Program-made: the position numbers and the translations under genes
Virus record (IMG/VR): IMGVR_UViG_3300020390_000003
Span: 1-64,000 of that record
Strand: one strand, 5' to 3'
Length of the DNA stretch: 64,000 bases
Source: a virus
The notes under the pieces: model-generated
The model's database searches: none
What the model was told of the DNA's origin: nothing
What the model saw: only the letters and a program-made list of their open reading frames with translations
Shown here: one piece after another, positions 48,257 through 59,373 of the stretch
Position numbering within the stretch: the first letter of the stretch is position 1
How the letters are laid out: every line of letters starts with the position of its first letter

Positions 48257-49780
48257 ATGGCACAGCAAGGTAATTTTGCAGCATTGCAGCGTTTACAGCC
48301 TACTCAGGGCTTATCGCGTGATGTTCAGTATTGGAATAGTGATGCGGCAAGACGCCGAACTGAGAATCGTATTGATGAAAATATTCAGTATCAACGGGAG
48401 CAAGCGCGTAAAAAAGCACAATCAGAACTTTATGATAAATGGGTAAAACCCGGGCAAATGTATGATACGGGTAGTGCGTCTTTAAATGAAGTGCTTGCCC
48501 GTGGATTAAGCCAAGCGCGTGAACAATATTTGCCTAACCTTCAGATTTTAGAAAACCCCAATGCTTCGCAAGAAGAAAAGATCAAAGCACGCCTTCGCTT
48601 AGATAATCTTAATCAACTTCCTGAGCGTTTTAAAACCGTTACAGATAAATACACCGCAGAATGGAATGCCTATCAAGAAGCCAAGCAAAATGGCAATGCG
48701 TATGATCAGCCGGAACTTGATAAAGCATTTCAAGGTGGTTTTAAAAGCTATGAAATTGGCCTTGATGATATGGCTAATCCTGTTATTGCTTTTGTAGATA
48801 AGAATGGGGATGGCCAAAACGATTTGATAGGTGCACAAACCTTTGATCAAATTAGTCAAGGTATGCCGCTTTTTGACTGGCAGAAAAAATACAATATTGA
48901 TACGATGGCAGAAGATGTTGCCAAGCGTATAGGCACCACAGATAAGACCGAAGTAACTAATGGCGGTTTTGGTAGCATTCAAGAAAAATCTGCAAACCTT
49001 GATGGTATTCGCACAGCCGCACAAAAACTGTTTTATGATGCTAATGGTGGCGCTACCGAAGTAGCAAAAAGCGCGCTAAGAGAATCCGGATTGAATTATC
49101 AAAACCCCACTGCACAAGACTTGCTGCAGGTTGAAGATAGTTTTGTCAAACAAGCAATGTCTTATACTGATTATATGCGCAAGGAAACCCTTGATGCTAG
49201 TGGGCAAACATCGCGTATGCGTGAGAATCGACTTGCTAGTGGTGATAATCCTAATGCTGTGATCACCGAGCCGGTAAATCCTTCACAAGAAGTTTGGGGT
49301 GATGCTTATAGTACAATTGCGCCTAATGCAAAAAGTGTAGGTGTAAACGGCGTTAAGTTAAGCGCCATACGTGACGGAGAAAATACCATTACCGATGCCA
49401 ATGTGCAAAACGTGACTTATGATGCCAATGGCAATATGCTTGTAGATGTGGTTTATCAAGACATAAAAAGCTCTACGTATAAAGCGAAAGAAGCAAGCAT
49501 ACTAGAACAGCTCGCACAAGCGCAAAAATCTCAGGACGTATTAGAAGAAGCCGGGAATACCGAAGAAGCTAAAAAATTTGACGATAAGATACAAGGCTAT
49601 AATATGGAATTAAATCGACTTTCTACCGGAGCTCAAAACAAGCGTAAAGTAGTACGCATACCTAAAGAAGATGAAGCAAGTGTTGCACAACAACTAGGCG
49701 GTATTGAAGCGATAAAACAGCGCGTAGGAGTTCAAAATAACACTACCCAAACTAATGATCCACTAGGAATATTTGAATAA
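48257..49780 (+). CDS. Internal virion / ejection protein 2
   Basis: 507 aa, helical, between ejection genes, own late promoter. Confidence 0.65.
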   Translation: MAQQGNFAALQRLQPTQGLSRDVQYWNSDAARRRTENRIDENIQYQREQARKKAQSELYDKWVKPGQMYDTGSASLNEVLARGLSQAREQYLPNLQILENPNASQEEKIKARLRLDNLNQLPERFKTVTDKYTAEWNAYQEAKQNGNAYDQPELDKAFQGGFKSYEIGLDDMANPVIAFVDKNGDGQNDLIGAQTFDQISQGMPLFDWQKKYNIDTMAEDVAKRIGTTDKTEVTNGGFGSIQEKSANLDGIRTAAQKLFYDANGGATEVAKSALRESGLNYQNPTAQDLLQVEDSFVKQAMSYTDYMRKETLDASGQTSRMRENRLASGDNPNAVITEPVNPSQEVWGDAYSTIAPNAKSVGVNGVKLSAIRDGENTITDANVQNVTYDANGNMLVDVVYQDIKSSTYKAKEASILEQLAQAQKSQDVLEEAGNTEEAKKFDDKIQGYNMELNRLSTGAQNKRKVVRIPKEDEASVAQQLGGIEAIKQRVGVQNNTTQTNDPLGIFE

Positions 49781-49797
49781 AACAGATTAGCACTTTT

Positions 49798-50031
49798 TTA
49801 TAAGTTTGTCTTTTCTTCAAAAAACGATAAATCTTTTTTATGCTTTGTTATTTTTTTATACTCCAAATCATTTACGTTATTCTTGTTAATTTTATCAGCA
49901 ATTAAAGTTATACTTTTTACTGTATCGTGATCTAGATTACCACGTCTTACATCCATTAAAACACCTGTAAGCATTTGGTTTAATTGCTTAGAGTTATTTA
50001 CTTCAAAATTCAAATCTCTTTTAGCTTCCAT
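49798..50031 (-). CDS. Hypothetical protein
   Basis: Coupled to zinc-finger ORF. Confidence 0.6.
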   Translation of the reverse strand: MEAKRDLNFEVNNSKQLNQMLTGVLMDVRRGNLDHDTVKSITLIADKINKNNVNDLEYKKITKHKKDLSFFEEKTNL

Positions 50032-50446
50032 TTTTTAATTCTCTTTTAAGTTTTATTATTAATCTTTTTGTTTCAATCATCCCTTTTGGAATTGAATTTT
50101 TATTCTTTCTCAATAAATTCGATATGTAATAGTCTGTTAAGTTTCTAGAATGAAATTTTGAAACGGTATCTTTATCTGATTTCAGTTTGATTTTAGTTCT
50201 GGTTTTAGAATATTGATCTTTCCATTTTTGACGATATTCTGAAATATCACATTCCAATTCTATACATCTTTTTTTTATTCTATTTAACTCTCCTGTTTTT
50301 ATGAGGCAAGATTTACAAAAGCTTCTGAAAGAATTATATATTTTCAATTCGCCTTTAGCGTTTTCTTGCTTTATCTTCTTTATATAAAAAAATTCTTTTG
50401 TCTTTGGATAAGACAGATTACACTTTCCACATTTTTTATATTCCAT
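50021..50446 (-). CDS. Zinc-finger protein (CxxC..CxxC)
   Basis: 'KKCGKC...EFF...SFCKSC'. Confidence 0.6.
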   Translation of the reverse strand: MEYKKCGKCNLSYPKTKEFFYIKKIKQENAKGELKIYNSFRSFCKSCLIKTGELNRIKKRCIELECDISEYRQKWKDQYSKTRTKIKLKSDKDTVSKFHSRNLTDYYISNLLRKNKNSIPKGMIETKRLIIKLKRELKNGS

Positions 50447-50717
50447 TTTTTAATGGGGTTAATGATTCAAGTACCTCGCTACGTTTATAATACACTCGCC
50501 TTCCTTGTCCGTAAGCCTTAAGCTTACCGCTTTTCGTACGTTTCCAAAGGGTTGACTTTGTAATCTGTAATAAATCACAAACCTCATCCCTAGTCATTAT
50601 CTGCTCAGCTGGCTTGTCTGAATTTTTGGGTTGATGCTGTATGCAAGCTTTTACACAATCAACTATGATTGCTTGGAATTCAGACATAGGCAATGAAATC
50701 AATACAATTTTTTCCAT
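50436..50717 (-). CDS. Excisionase-like HTH_17 protein
   Basis: 'IMTRDEVCDLLQITKSTLWKRTKSGKLKAYGQGRRVYYKRSEV'. Confidence 0.88.
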   Translation of the reverse strand: MEKIVLISLPMSEFQAIIVDCVKACIQHQPKNSDKPAEQIMTRDEVCDLLQITKSTLWKRTKSGKLKAYGQGRRVYYKRSEVLESLTPLKNGI

Positions 50718-50837
50718 AATTATAATTCATTTTTTAAATAGTTTATCAAAACTAATCTTTAGTTTATACTAATTATAGTAATAGTAATACTATAATTCTA
50801 TTATTTTTGTATTAGATATAATTTTTATTTATATAAA

Positions 50838-53800
50838 ATGCAAAATCAAAATACAGACCCTGGCAAAAAATTAAGCCCTGCAGATTTTGCGGCTAAAATT
50901 AAAACGAAATATCCTCAATACGCAGATATTGAAGATGGTCAACTTATTGATAAAATCACGGCTAAATATCCTCAATACAAAGAGCAAATAGATTTTAGTG
51001 TAAAAAAAAAAGAACCTTACAAAACTACTGCTACTGCTCCAAAACCTGTATCGGGTTTGGAAACCACGACCCAAGAACCGGCGAAAAAGGATGGTTCATT
51101 GGCTACTACACCACCGGTAGAAATTCAGCAAAATGAAAAGCTTCAAACGCTATTATCAGAATATGATGCCGCGAAGCAACTCACCCCGGAAGATGAGCAA
51201 GAAATAGCACAGACAGTTGAGCAAGAAAGCACTATGAATTTTGGCTTTTTTGACCGTATGAAGCAAGCGTATTCCGTAGCTTCTCAAGCCAATCCTTTTT
51301 TACCTACTTACAATTATCAAGATCCTAATGCAAAACTGCGCCGTAAATCTGCAGAGGCCATCGCGCGGGATCAAGAAATTGATGTAAATGAGGTGAGCCC
51401 AGAGCAAGTAAATGAGCGTGTGATGCAAGAGCGCACCCGTGAATTGGCACAGCAAAAGATCGATAATAAAACCGAAGAATTTATCGAATCGCGCAGCGCA
51501 GAAACGCAGCAGATATTGAATGAACATTTCAATATTAAAAGTGAAAAACTTACCAATCAGTCAAAACGTATTCTTTTAGAGAATGAAGATGCTTATAAGC
51601 AAGTTGAAGCCTTAGACGCGCAATTAGAAAGCATCAAAGCAAATCATAGTAAAGACCAAGAATATACTGAGGAATACTACGCTAATAATCAAAAGTTGGT
51701 AGCACAGCGTAATGCCTTAGTTGATCAAATCATCAAGCGCAATGAAACGCTGAATGAAACGAATGAGGATTTACTTTCAACGCAGAATGAGATCGACTTG
51801 TTTAAGCGTAATTATGGCAAGGTTTATAATATGCTTAGCAAGTTTGGAAATGCAACAGAGGAAATGTCTGCAAACCTTATTGAATTTGGATATCGATTTT
51901 CTACGCTTCCTTTACTTGATAATGTACTTCCGGAAGGCACAGAAACCAGTATTGCTTTTGACGCAATGATGAAGAATATACGTGAAGGTATTGCTGCTGA
52001 AAAGGAAACTCTACGACGGCCAAGAGATTTAAGCAACTTGCAAAGCGCTGAAGATTTTACGGAATGGGCAATGGATCTTGTTGCAGAGCAGACACCTAAC
52101 ACTATTGTTATGGCTTCAACCGGCGGCAGTAGTTCGCTTGCAGTTTTAGGAGCAAGTGCCGGAGGTGCCAAGTTTAATGAAATGACCGAGGAAGAAAAGA
52201 ATAGCCTAGGCGCCGTTAACTATACCGAAGCACAAAAATATTTATCGGCAATGGGTGCATTTGTATTTGAGGCCGGTAGTGAGCGTATTTCATTAGGTCA
52301 GATCAGGCAAGCCAAGCGTGTATTTCAAACCATTGGTAGAGATCAACTTAAAGAATCTGCTTCAAAATATCTTAAAAGGCAGGTTCCAGAATATATACAG
52401 CGTGTTACAGAAGAAGGAGGAACAGAAGCAATTGCGCAATTCTCGCAAAATTTAGCTGATAAATATTATTTAGGTAAGGATATTGATTTAATGCAAGGCG
52501 TTGGGGAATCGTTTATAAGTGGTGCGTTTATGAGTGGTGTAATTTATCAAGCACCTGGTATTTTTAGCGGTATTGCAAAGTCGTTTTCTACTAAAGACAA
52601 CAATCAGAAAATAGGTGAAAATCTTGCTAAGATCAAGCAGTTTAATGAGCAGTTGAACTCAGAATTGTCACCGGAAGTTGCTACTAAAATCGCAGCCAAG
52701 CGCGATGCGTTAATCCTGCAAAACAAGAATATCCTTGACAAGTCGATTGCAGATATAGACGAACTCACTTATGAGCAAAAACAGGAAATCCTTGATATTG
52801 AAAATCAAAAGTACAAACTACGCCAAGAGACACAGCGCTTAAACGAAGAATCAAATTTAAGTGATGATGTACGCAAGCAATTGATTGAAGAAAATGCTGC
52901 TAAAATCGAGAAACTAGATGAGCAACGTCAAGGTATTTTATTAGAGCGTGAGCAAAACTTTTTGAGCGTACTTCCTGCGGAAGAACAACAAGCCTTAAAA
53001 GATCAAGCACAACGTGAGTTGATGGCCGAGTATGAAGCCCAAGGCGTTGAAGAATACGAGATCAGCGATCAAGAAATTACCGCGCGCGCAGTAAGCCTAT
53101 TTGAAAATCAAAATACAGAAACCAATGCCGAAACCCAAGAGACAACCACAGAAGAAACGCAGCCAGAGGTATTACCTGCGCAAGATCAAAAAAGTAAAAA
53201 AATAAAAGTATACCACGGCACATCAGGCGACTTTGATAGGTTTGATTTCAACAGTGAATCTAAAGGATTTGGGCAGCAAGATTTAGGAAAAGGTGTTTAC
53301 TTCACAGAGTCTAAAGAACGTGCTGACGGCTACCGAAAGAATGCAAATATTAATAATAATCTTCCTGCTGAATCAGGTAGAGTAATGGAGGTTTCTATCA
53401 CGGTAAACAACCCTATTGATATTGCCTCAGAAGAATATGGAAACTTAGAAGAAACTTATTCTGATAAAGGTGAACTTAGTCAAGCTATTCAAGATGCAGG
53501 ATATGATGGTATTGTTTACACAGTAAACGGCAAGAAAAATTATGTTGTTTTTAATGAAAATCAAATAGAATATTCTAATGAAAGTACACCGGCACAAGAT
53601 CCTGCAATTGATGAAGATGTTCGACCTGAGCCTTCACAAGACAATAACACCACAGAAAACCAAGACGTACAACCCACCGTTGAGTCTGAGCCAAGTACAA
53701 CAGAAGCTCAAACCACTACCAAACGCGTCAACCCAAAAGGTGTAAAAGGGGAATTTGATGTAGAACTTGACACTGATGGTGAAGTTACCCGAGTGATCAG

Positions 53801-56800
53801 CGTAAAAGACGGTAGAGAAATTCCAAAATTCACCGAGCGTACTAATAAGCGTACTGGCAAAAAAACAATGGTTCGAAATGCAAACTACTCGCGTATCGCT
53901 AATGAGGCCATAGGCCAAAAGACCGAAAACCAATTGCGCGAAGAAGCAAAAGCAAAGACCAATGTCGCAATTGACAATTACACACCTACCAATGCGTATG
54001 AAGCCGCTTTAGATTACTTTGCTCGTGGCGGTAACATAAGCCTTGCTTCCGCGACTAAAGAAACAGGATATACCCAAGTAGAAGTTAAATGGGCAGCAGG
54101 TTTTAATAAAGACACAGACTTACCAAGCATAGAACGTGCTGCAGAAGGTATTGTTGCAGAGTCTGATCTTGACCTTGATGTAAATGAAGTACGTAATGAA
54201 ATCATTGCTATACTTCAAGCCAAGCAAAGTGTTTCTGAGGTACAAAATGAAATTGTAGCTTTACAAGAAGAAGCAAATGCACGTCAAAATGAAGAAGAAC
54301 TTTATCAATATTTAGGCACGCTATCAGAGGCACAACTTACTGCATATGAATCACAAGTAGCAGAAGATACCTATTTAGAACAACTCACTTACGAAGAACA
54401 AATCGAATATTATGAAGGACAATACGGCACCCAAGACCAGCGCATTGAAGCAGAAATTGAAGGAAACAGGCAAACTAAGCCAGAATCAGAGAGCAGCCCT
54501 GCAAGCATTCAAGAACGTTCAAGACCGCAAGGAGAAGAAGAATCCGGGCAGTCAGACGATGCCTTCCTAAAATGGCTTAATAAACAAAGTCAGGATCTTG
54601 ATGATTTTAGCAAAGGCACTTTAGGAATCAACCTTCCGGTGGCCGTTGCGCAAGGAGCCATTAAAATTGTACGCACCGCATACACCGCCGGTAAAAGTGC
54701 AAGCCAAGCCATTAAAGAAGCGCTTGATTATATCAAAGCTACTGATTGGTACAAAGGTTTATCTAAAAAAGAACAGCGCGAGGTAAATGCTGATCTTGTA
54801 AAACGTGCCGTTGTTCAAGAAAATATGAGCGATGAGCAAACCTTTGACTATATAGAAAAGGAATTTGAAGAAGCTGATAAAGCTTTGGAGAATAAACAAC
54901 CTGCTAAGAAAAAGCGCCAATCCCTCATTCGTAAATTCATTCAAAAAGTAAGTGATCGCCAATTCATTTCTAAAAAGTTGGTTGATGAAGTGGGTGCCCA
55001 GCAGACTAAAGATGCAATGATCAATAGCCACGGGGCTTCCGGAAAGGCTAAACGCATCTTTGATAAGGCATTTTATCAGATATATTCAGACAACCTTTAC
55101 TACAATCAACAAGGTTTACAAGGTTATAAGTACACTTGGAAACCTATGAGCAATGCAGATCGTGCAATGCTTGATAAAATCATTCAGCTTAAACGCTTTA
55201 TTGCTATTGATAAGAACCGTACAGAAAAAGGACTTCCACCGGTAACACACCCGGGATTTATTAACGGTAAAATGGCGCAAAAATATTTGAACCACGTTAA
55301 GGTAAAACTAGGTGATGAGAAATTTGCAGATATTGAGAAGCGCGCAGCTATTTACTTCAAAACTTACCACACTTTACTTGAAGAAATGCGTAAGAACGGT
55401 TTGATTAGCGATGCTGTTTTTGAAAGTCTTGACGGTCTTGATTATCAACCGCGATTATTCTTGCAGCATATTACTGATTTTGAAGGCAATGTTTCATTAG
55501 GAGCAGCGCAAAGCGAGAAAAGCGATACCGGCGGTTTATCACAAGACCAGATCAAAGCGCTGGGAGAAGGAAGCAGCGGCGTTTTGGTACGTAATTCTGA
55601 ATGGTTGCTTGCAACTTCTATTGTAGCAAGACAACGCGCAATGGCAATGAATACCGTAAACAAGGTATTTATGACTAAGGAATTTCCTGCTGCAAAAAAA
55701 CGCTATCAAGAATTAAAAAAGGATATCAAAAACCGCAAGAAGTGGAGCCGCGAAGATGAGCGCTTTTACACGTATTTTACGGAGCTCAATAGTAAGATCA
55801 AGGATAATCCTATTATCAAGCAGAAAAAGAATACGGAGCAAGAGGTAATTGACGGGATGGAGCCTGAATACATCTATACGCGTAAATATGACAAGACACC
55901 GGCCAATTTTAAAAAGGCGTATTATTATGAAAACGGTGTGCGTCACGAGTTCTTTATTGAAGAAAACTTACATGATGCGTGGTTTGACAATATACCTGGA
56001 TTTTTAAATGCTAAAGCTAAAGAGTTTCTTGGATATGCTATGGGCGCTTCATTACTTAAAGGTATAGCGACCGGTAATAACCCGGCATTTGCTTTAGTCA
56101 ACACACCGCGTGACTACATTTTCAACGTAGTTTTCAGCGATCAATACAGTTCGATCGTTCCAAAAGCGATGTATCAAGTGGCTAAAGATACGTTTAAAGC
56201 AATACGCGAAATCAAGCGTTCTAATGGCAGTTTTGGTGCAGATGGCAGTTTGCTAGATAAATACATTTATTATGGCGGTGATATGGCGTTTTTAAGCACA
56301 CAAGGCCGCTTAAAGCAAAATACCAGACTTGCTAAGACTATTGACAAGCTACTTACGCCACGGGTGAAAAACATCGCCGGAACCATTTTTAAAGCGGTTA
56401 CGCTAAGAAAGCTTTCAGAATATAGTGAGGTGATGTTTAGAATGGCGTTGTTTCAACGTACTATTAAGAACGAATTAGATGCGCGCGGACTCAAATCTAT
56501 GAATGCGGTTAAAACCCAAGCAGAAAAAGACCAAATCTATATGCGTGCGGTTGCTGAGGCACGTAGCTTGCTTGACTTTAATCAAGGCGGTAGTTATACT
56601 AAAGATGCCGAAGCTTTTATTCCGTATATCAATACGGCGGTACAAGGTACGCGTGTTGCTGCAGATGCCTTTCAGAAAAACCCTGATAAAATATTCTTTA
56701 AAGTAATGCAATCAGCGGTAATGTTAAGCGGTGCATCTGTATTAGGTTCGCTTGCTTTGATTAAAGCTAACAAAGATGATGAGGAAGAAAAATCTGCTTA

Positions 56801-57875
56801 CGAGATTTGGTTAGAAGCAATGGAAGGTGTTAGTCAATACCAACGCATACAGTATTTTAATATTGTAGATGGTACCAAAGATGAGAATGGGGAATATCGC
56901 GTATGGAAAATTGCAAAAAACCAGCAGCTTGCACCGGTGCTCAACATAGCTGATAATGTGTACACGCAATGGGTTTCTGATATCGCCGGTGTAAAACGTA
57001 AGGATAGCAATGTGAATTATGCCGAAGCCTGGACCGCTATTCAAAACAACATTATTCCTTTTGATCTTGAAAAACCGATCACGGGGAATTTAACTAAGAC
57101 GCCTGTTATTAAAGCTGGATTTACTTATGGTACTGGTCACGATTTTTACCGAGATCAACCTTTAACCTTTGATCAAAATCAAGATAATCCGGTAATGGAA
57201 GGCGCTCAGGATAAAAATGTAGACGATTTTTATAAAGAGATTGGCCGCGAATACCGTTTATCTCCGGCACGCTTAAAAGGCGCTGTGGAATCTTTGATCA
57301 CTACACCACGTACCAATCCTTTTATTGGCGTGCTATATGCCGGTGCAGATGGTATTGCTTCAGAAGATAAGACCTTGAAGGATATGGCCGGCAAAGTAGG
57401 AAAAGATATGTTGAGTTCGTTTGATAAACGCGTGATAAGCCATACCAGCGATTTTAATAGACAAATAAACCGACTGCGGCCGGTAGAAGATGATCTTAAA
57501 GAGATTAAAACAGTGAATGATTATCGTGAGGTGGATTTAGAAGAATTGACCAAGGACCTTTACAACAACAAAGTAAGCATACCTGTTTTCTTGGAGAAAT
57601 TACAGGAAATGAAACCTACTGAGAAGGAAGCCAAAAAGATTGAAAGCAAGCTAAAAAGCTTATTCAAGTACAAAGATGTAGATCGCTATGTAATAGGACT
57701 TGCTTTTGAGTCTGATCGTGAAGCACGCGCGCTTAAAATCGCTAGGTACTACGGCAATGTATTTGACGGAAGCCCTGAGAATGATCGCGTATTCTCGCAA
57801 ATGGTAGATATGAATGTGCTAGATCCCGAGACGATTGTAGAGTACCAAAAATTGGTTAACAAAATGAACCAATAA
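50838..57875 (+). CDS. Giant ejection / polyvalent protein with ART-like domain and LPD38-like C-terminus
   Basis: 'VYHGT..DFDRF...GKGVYFT...AGYDGI...YVVFNENQI'; 'DFNQGG......FIPYINTAVQG'. Confidence 0.8.
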   Translation: MQNQNTDPGKKLSPADFAAKIKTKYPQYADIEDGQLIDKITAKYPQYKEQIDFSVKKKEPYKTTATAPKPVSGLETTTQEPAKKDGSLATTPPVEIQQNEKLQTLLSEYDAAKQLTPEDEQEIAQTVEQESTMNFGFFDRMKQAYSVASQANPFLPTYNYQDPNAKLRRKSAEAIARDQEIDVNEVSPEQVNERVMQERTRELAQQKIDNKTEEFIESRSAETQQILNEHFNIKSEKLTNQSKRILLENEDAYKQVEALDAQLESIKANHSKDQEYTEEYYANNQKLVAQRNALVDQIIKRNETLNETNEDLLSTQNEIDLFKRNYGKVYNMLSKFGNATEEMSANLIEFGYRFSTLPLLDNVLPEGTETSIAFDAMMKNIREGIAAEKETLRRPRDLSNLQSAEDFTEWAMDLVAEQTPNTIVMASTGGSSSLAVLGASAGGAKFNEMTEEEKNSLGAVNYTEAQKYLSAMGAFVFEAGSERISLGQIRQAKRVFQTIGRDQLKESASKYLKRQVPEYIQRVTEEGGTEAIAQFSQNLADKYYLGKDIDLMQGVGESFISGAFMSGVIYQAPGIFSGIAKSFSTKDNNQKIGENLAKIKQFNEQLNSELSPEVATKIAAKRDALILQNKNILDKSIADIDELTYEQKQEILDIENQKYKLRQETQRLNEESNLSDDVRKQLIEENAAKIEKLDEQRQGILLEREQNFLSVLPAEEQQALKDQAQRELMAEYEAQGVEEYEISDQEITARAVSLFENQNTETNAETQETTTEETQPEVLPAQDQKSKKIKVYHGTSGDFDRFDFNSESKGFGQQDLGKGVYFTESKERADGYRKNANINNNLPAESGRVMEVSITVNNPIDIASEEYGNLEETYSDKGELSQAIQDAGYDGIVYTVNGKKNYVVFNENQIEYSNESTPAQDPAIDEDVRPEPSQDNNTTENQDVQPTVESEPSTTEAQTTTKRVNPKGVKGEFDVELDTDGEVTRVISVKDGREIPKFTERTNKRTGKKTMVRNANYSRIANEAIGQKTENQLREEAKAKTNVAIDNYTPTNAYEAALDYFARGGNISLASATKETGYTQVEVKWAAGFNKDTDLPSIERAAEGIVAESDLDLDVNEVRNEIIAILQAKQSVSEVQNEIVALQEEANARQNEEELYQYLGTLSEAQLTAYESQVAEDTYLEQLTYEEQIEYYEGQYGTQDQRIEAEIEGNRQTKPESESSPASIQERSRPQGEEESGQSDDAFLKWLNKQSQDLDDFSKGTLGINLPVAVAQGAIKIVRTAYTAGKSASQAIKEALDYIKATDWYKGLSKKEQREVNADLVKRAVVQENMSDEQTFDYIEKEFEEADKALENKQPAKKKRQSLIRKFIQKVSDRQFISKKLVDEVGAQQTKDAMINSHGASGKAKRIFDKAFYQIYSDNLYYNQQGLQGYKYTWKPMSNADRAMLDKIIQLKRFIAIDKNRTEKGLPPVTHPGFINGKMAQKYLNHVKVKLGDEKFADIEKRAAIYFKTYHTLLEEMRKNGLISDAVFESLDGLDYQPRLFLQHITDFEGNVSLGAAQSEKSDTGGLSQDQIKALGEGSSGVLVRNSEWLLATSIVARQRAMAMNTVNKVFMTKEFPAAKKRYQELKKDIKNRKKWSREDERFYTYFTELNSKIKDNPIIKQKKNTEQEVIDGMEPEYIYTRKYDKTPANFKKAYYYENGVRHEFFIEENLHDAWFDNIPGFLNAKAKEFLGYAMGASLLKGIATGNNPAFALVNTPRDYIFNVVFSDQYSSIVPKAMYQVAKDTFKAIREIKRSNGSFGADGSLLDKYIYYGGDMAFLSTQGRLKQNTRLAKTIDKLLTPRVKNIAGTIFKAVTLRKLSEYSEVMFRMALFQRTIKNELDARGLKSMNAVKTQAEKDQIYMRAVAEARSLLDFNQGGSYTKDAEAFIPYINTAVQGTRVAADAFQKNPDKIFFKVMQSAVMLSGASVLGSLALIKANKDDEEEKSAYEIWLEAMEGVSQYQRIQYFNIVDGTKDENGEYRVWKIAKNQQLAPVLNIADNVYTQWVSDIAGVKRKDSNVNYAEAWTAIQNNIIPFDLEKPITGNLTKTPVIKAGFTYGTGHDFYRDQPLTFDQNQDNPVMEGAQDKNVDDFYKEIGREYRLSPARLKGAVESLITTPRTNPFIGVLYAGADGIASEDKTLKDMAGKVGKDMLSSFDKRVISHTSDFNRQINRLRPVEDDLKEIKTVNDYREVDLEELTKDLYNNKVSIPVFLEKLQEMKPTEKEAKKIESKLKSLFKYKDVDRYVIGLAFESDREARALKIARYYGNVFDGSPENDRVFSQMVDMNVLDPETIVEYQKLVNKMNQ

Positions 57876-58384
57876 TATATACTAAAAAGGCGATAATTAG
57901 TTTTATCGCCTATTGGTGTTATAATTCGTATGAGGGTGCATTTACATAAAACAAGGTTTAGATTCTTGCAAGAATAATATTAGATTTTCAACATCTTTTT
58001 TGCTTTTAATAGTCGCTTGTAATTGGATTTCGTCAAGTTTTAAACCATTAAAAACGTGTTCAAGTCCACTAGAATTAACTGTGCTTTTTTCAATCTCTCT
58101 TTTTCCTTTTAAAAATCCTTGAACTTTAAAGTCTTGATTTCTCATAAGTTATTGCTTTTCAATATAATTTACTCTAAGGAATTTATGTATAATGCCAGCA
58201 TCAATGGCGTTAAAATCAAAACTTTGAGAAGAAGTGCCGTCACTATAATAAATTGACCATCTAGGGAATTTAAGAACGACTAAATCACTTACCACATTAT
58301 CATTAAGTGCAGACGCTATCGCTTTTTTCACATCTTCAATATCTTTTTGCCGTTTGATTGAATATTGTAAACTCATAATTTTCT

Positions 58385-58921
58385 TTATTTAATCCCGGCA
58401 CAAATCGCACCGTAGTCGGTTAGTTTAATTGGTTGATAAGCATTTTGAAGTAGGTGTTCTATATTAAACCAATCTTGACCAAATAAAGCAGTTTCAAAAT
58501 GTACTTGATTAGGATAGTACAATTCGCCGTGATGGATATAAAACCCTTTAAACAACACTTTTTCTTCTGCTTGTTGGTAGATTTCATAATATTTATTGTG
58601 AAGTTCAAATTCTTGGTAATCATAACCATCGTCATAAGTGGCTCCTGTTTCAGTATTAAATCTTTCGATTTTGTAATCTGCTAATACAGGCTCGCCTGAA
58701 AAAGAATCATCTAAAACATTCCCTTCATCATCACAAGGCACAAACATTCCAAGGGTTAAAGGTTGTTTTAGAAAGTTGTTGTAACCTGCTATTGATTCTA
58801 AAGCGCCTGCTTCACACATACCATATTTATACTTCTGATAGTCGCATTCCACTCTCTCGCTTAATGATGTTAGTTTATTACTCATTGCATTTCCCTTTAG
58901 AGCAATCTGAATATGCGCCAT
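58385..58921 (-). CDS. Hypothetical phage protein
   Basis: 'NFLKQPLTLGMFVPCDDEGNVL...YQQAEEKVLFKGF' Flavobacteria-phage family. Confidence 0.65.
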   Translation of the reverse strand: MAHIQIALKGNAMSNKLTSLSERVECDYQKYKYGMCEAGALESIAGYNNFLKQPLTLGMFVPCDDEGNVLDDSFSGEPVLADYKIERFNTETGATYDDGYDYQEFELHNKYYEIYQQAEEKVLFKGFYIHHGELYYPNQVHFETALFGQDWFNIEHLLQNAYQPIKLTDYGAICAGIK

Positions 58922-59106
58922 ATTCTCTTGCTTGCGTTTCTTTAATCGTTTCTAATTTCACCTCAAAACCTTCATTGGTTAAGTCGGTAAATTCTTTTTC
59001 GGTTTCCTCGTCTAAGCAATCTACGTGACAAGCTAAAGTAAAGCCCTTGCATTTGGGGCAAATTGCTACTTTAGATACGTTTCCCTCGGTTCTCATAAAT
59101 TATCTG

Positions 59107-59373
59107 TTATTTAATAGTGTCTATTTGTAATATTTTAAAATCTCTCACGCCACATTTTAAGGTATTTACGCTACCAGTAACAAATGTTTGTTTGAGACAA
59201 CCATCTTTATTATAAAAAATGTTTGGGTAAGCTGGATAAGAATAAAGTACAGTGTCTTTTTCACCATTAAAATATTCTACACTGATTCTATATTTTACCA
59301 CGTGCATCGGTCTATTTTCACACGCCAAAAGCATACTTAATGCCATAATATAAAAGACAAAATATTTTACCAT
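59107..59373 (-). CDS. Small lipoprotein
   Basis: Lipobox 'LLAC'. Confidence 0.55.
   Translation of the reverse strand: MVKYFVFYIMALSMLLACENRPMHVVKYRISVEYFNGEKDTVLYSYPAYPNIFYNKDGCLKQTFVTGSVNTLKCGVRDFKILQIDTIK

Noticed and set aside
50838-57875. crAss-type virion RNA polymerase
   Set aside because: No DxDxD catalytic motif in a recognisable context; ART-like and LPD38-like motifs are present instead.
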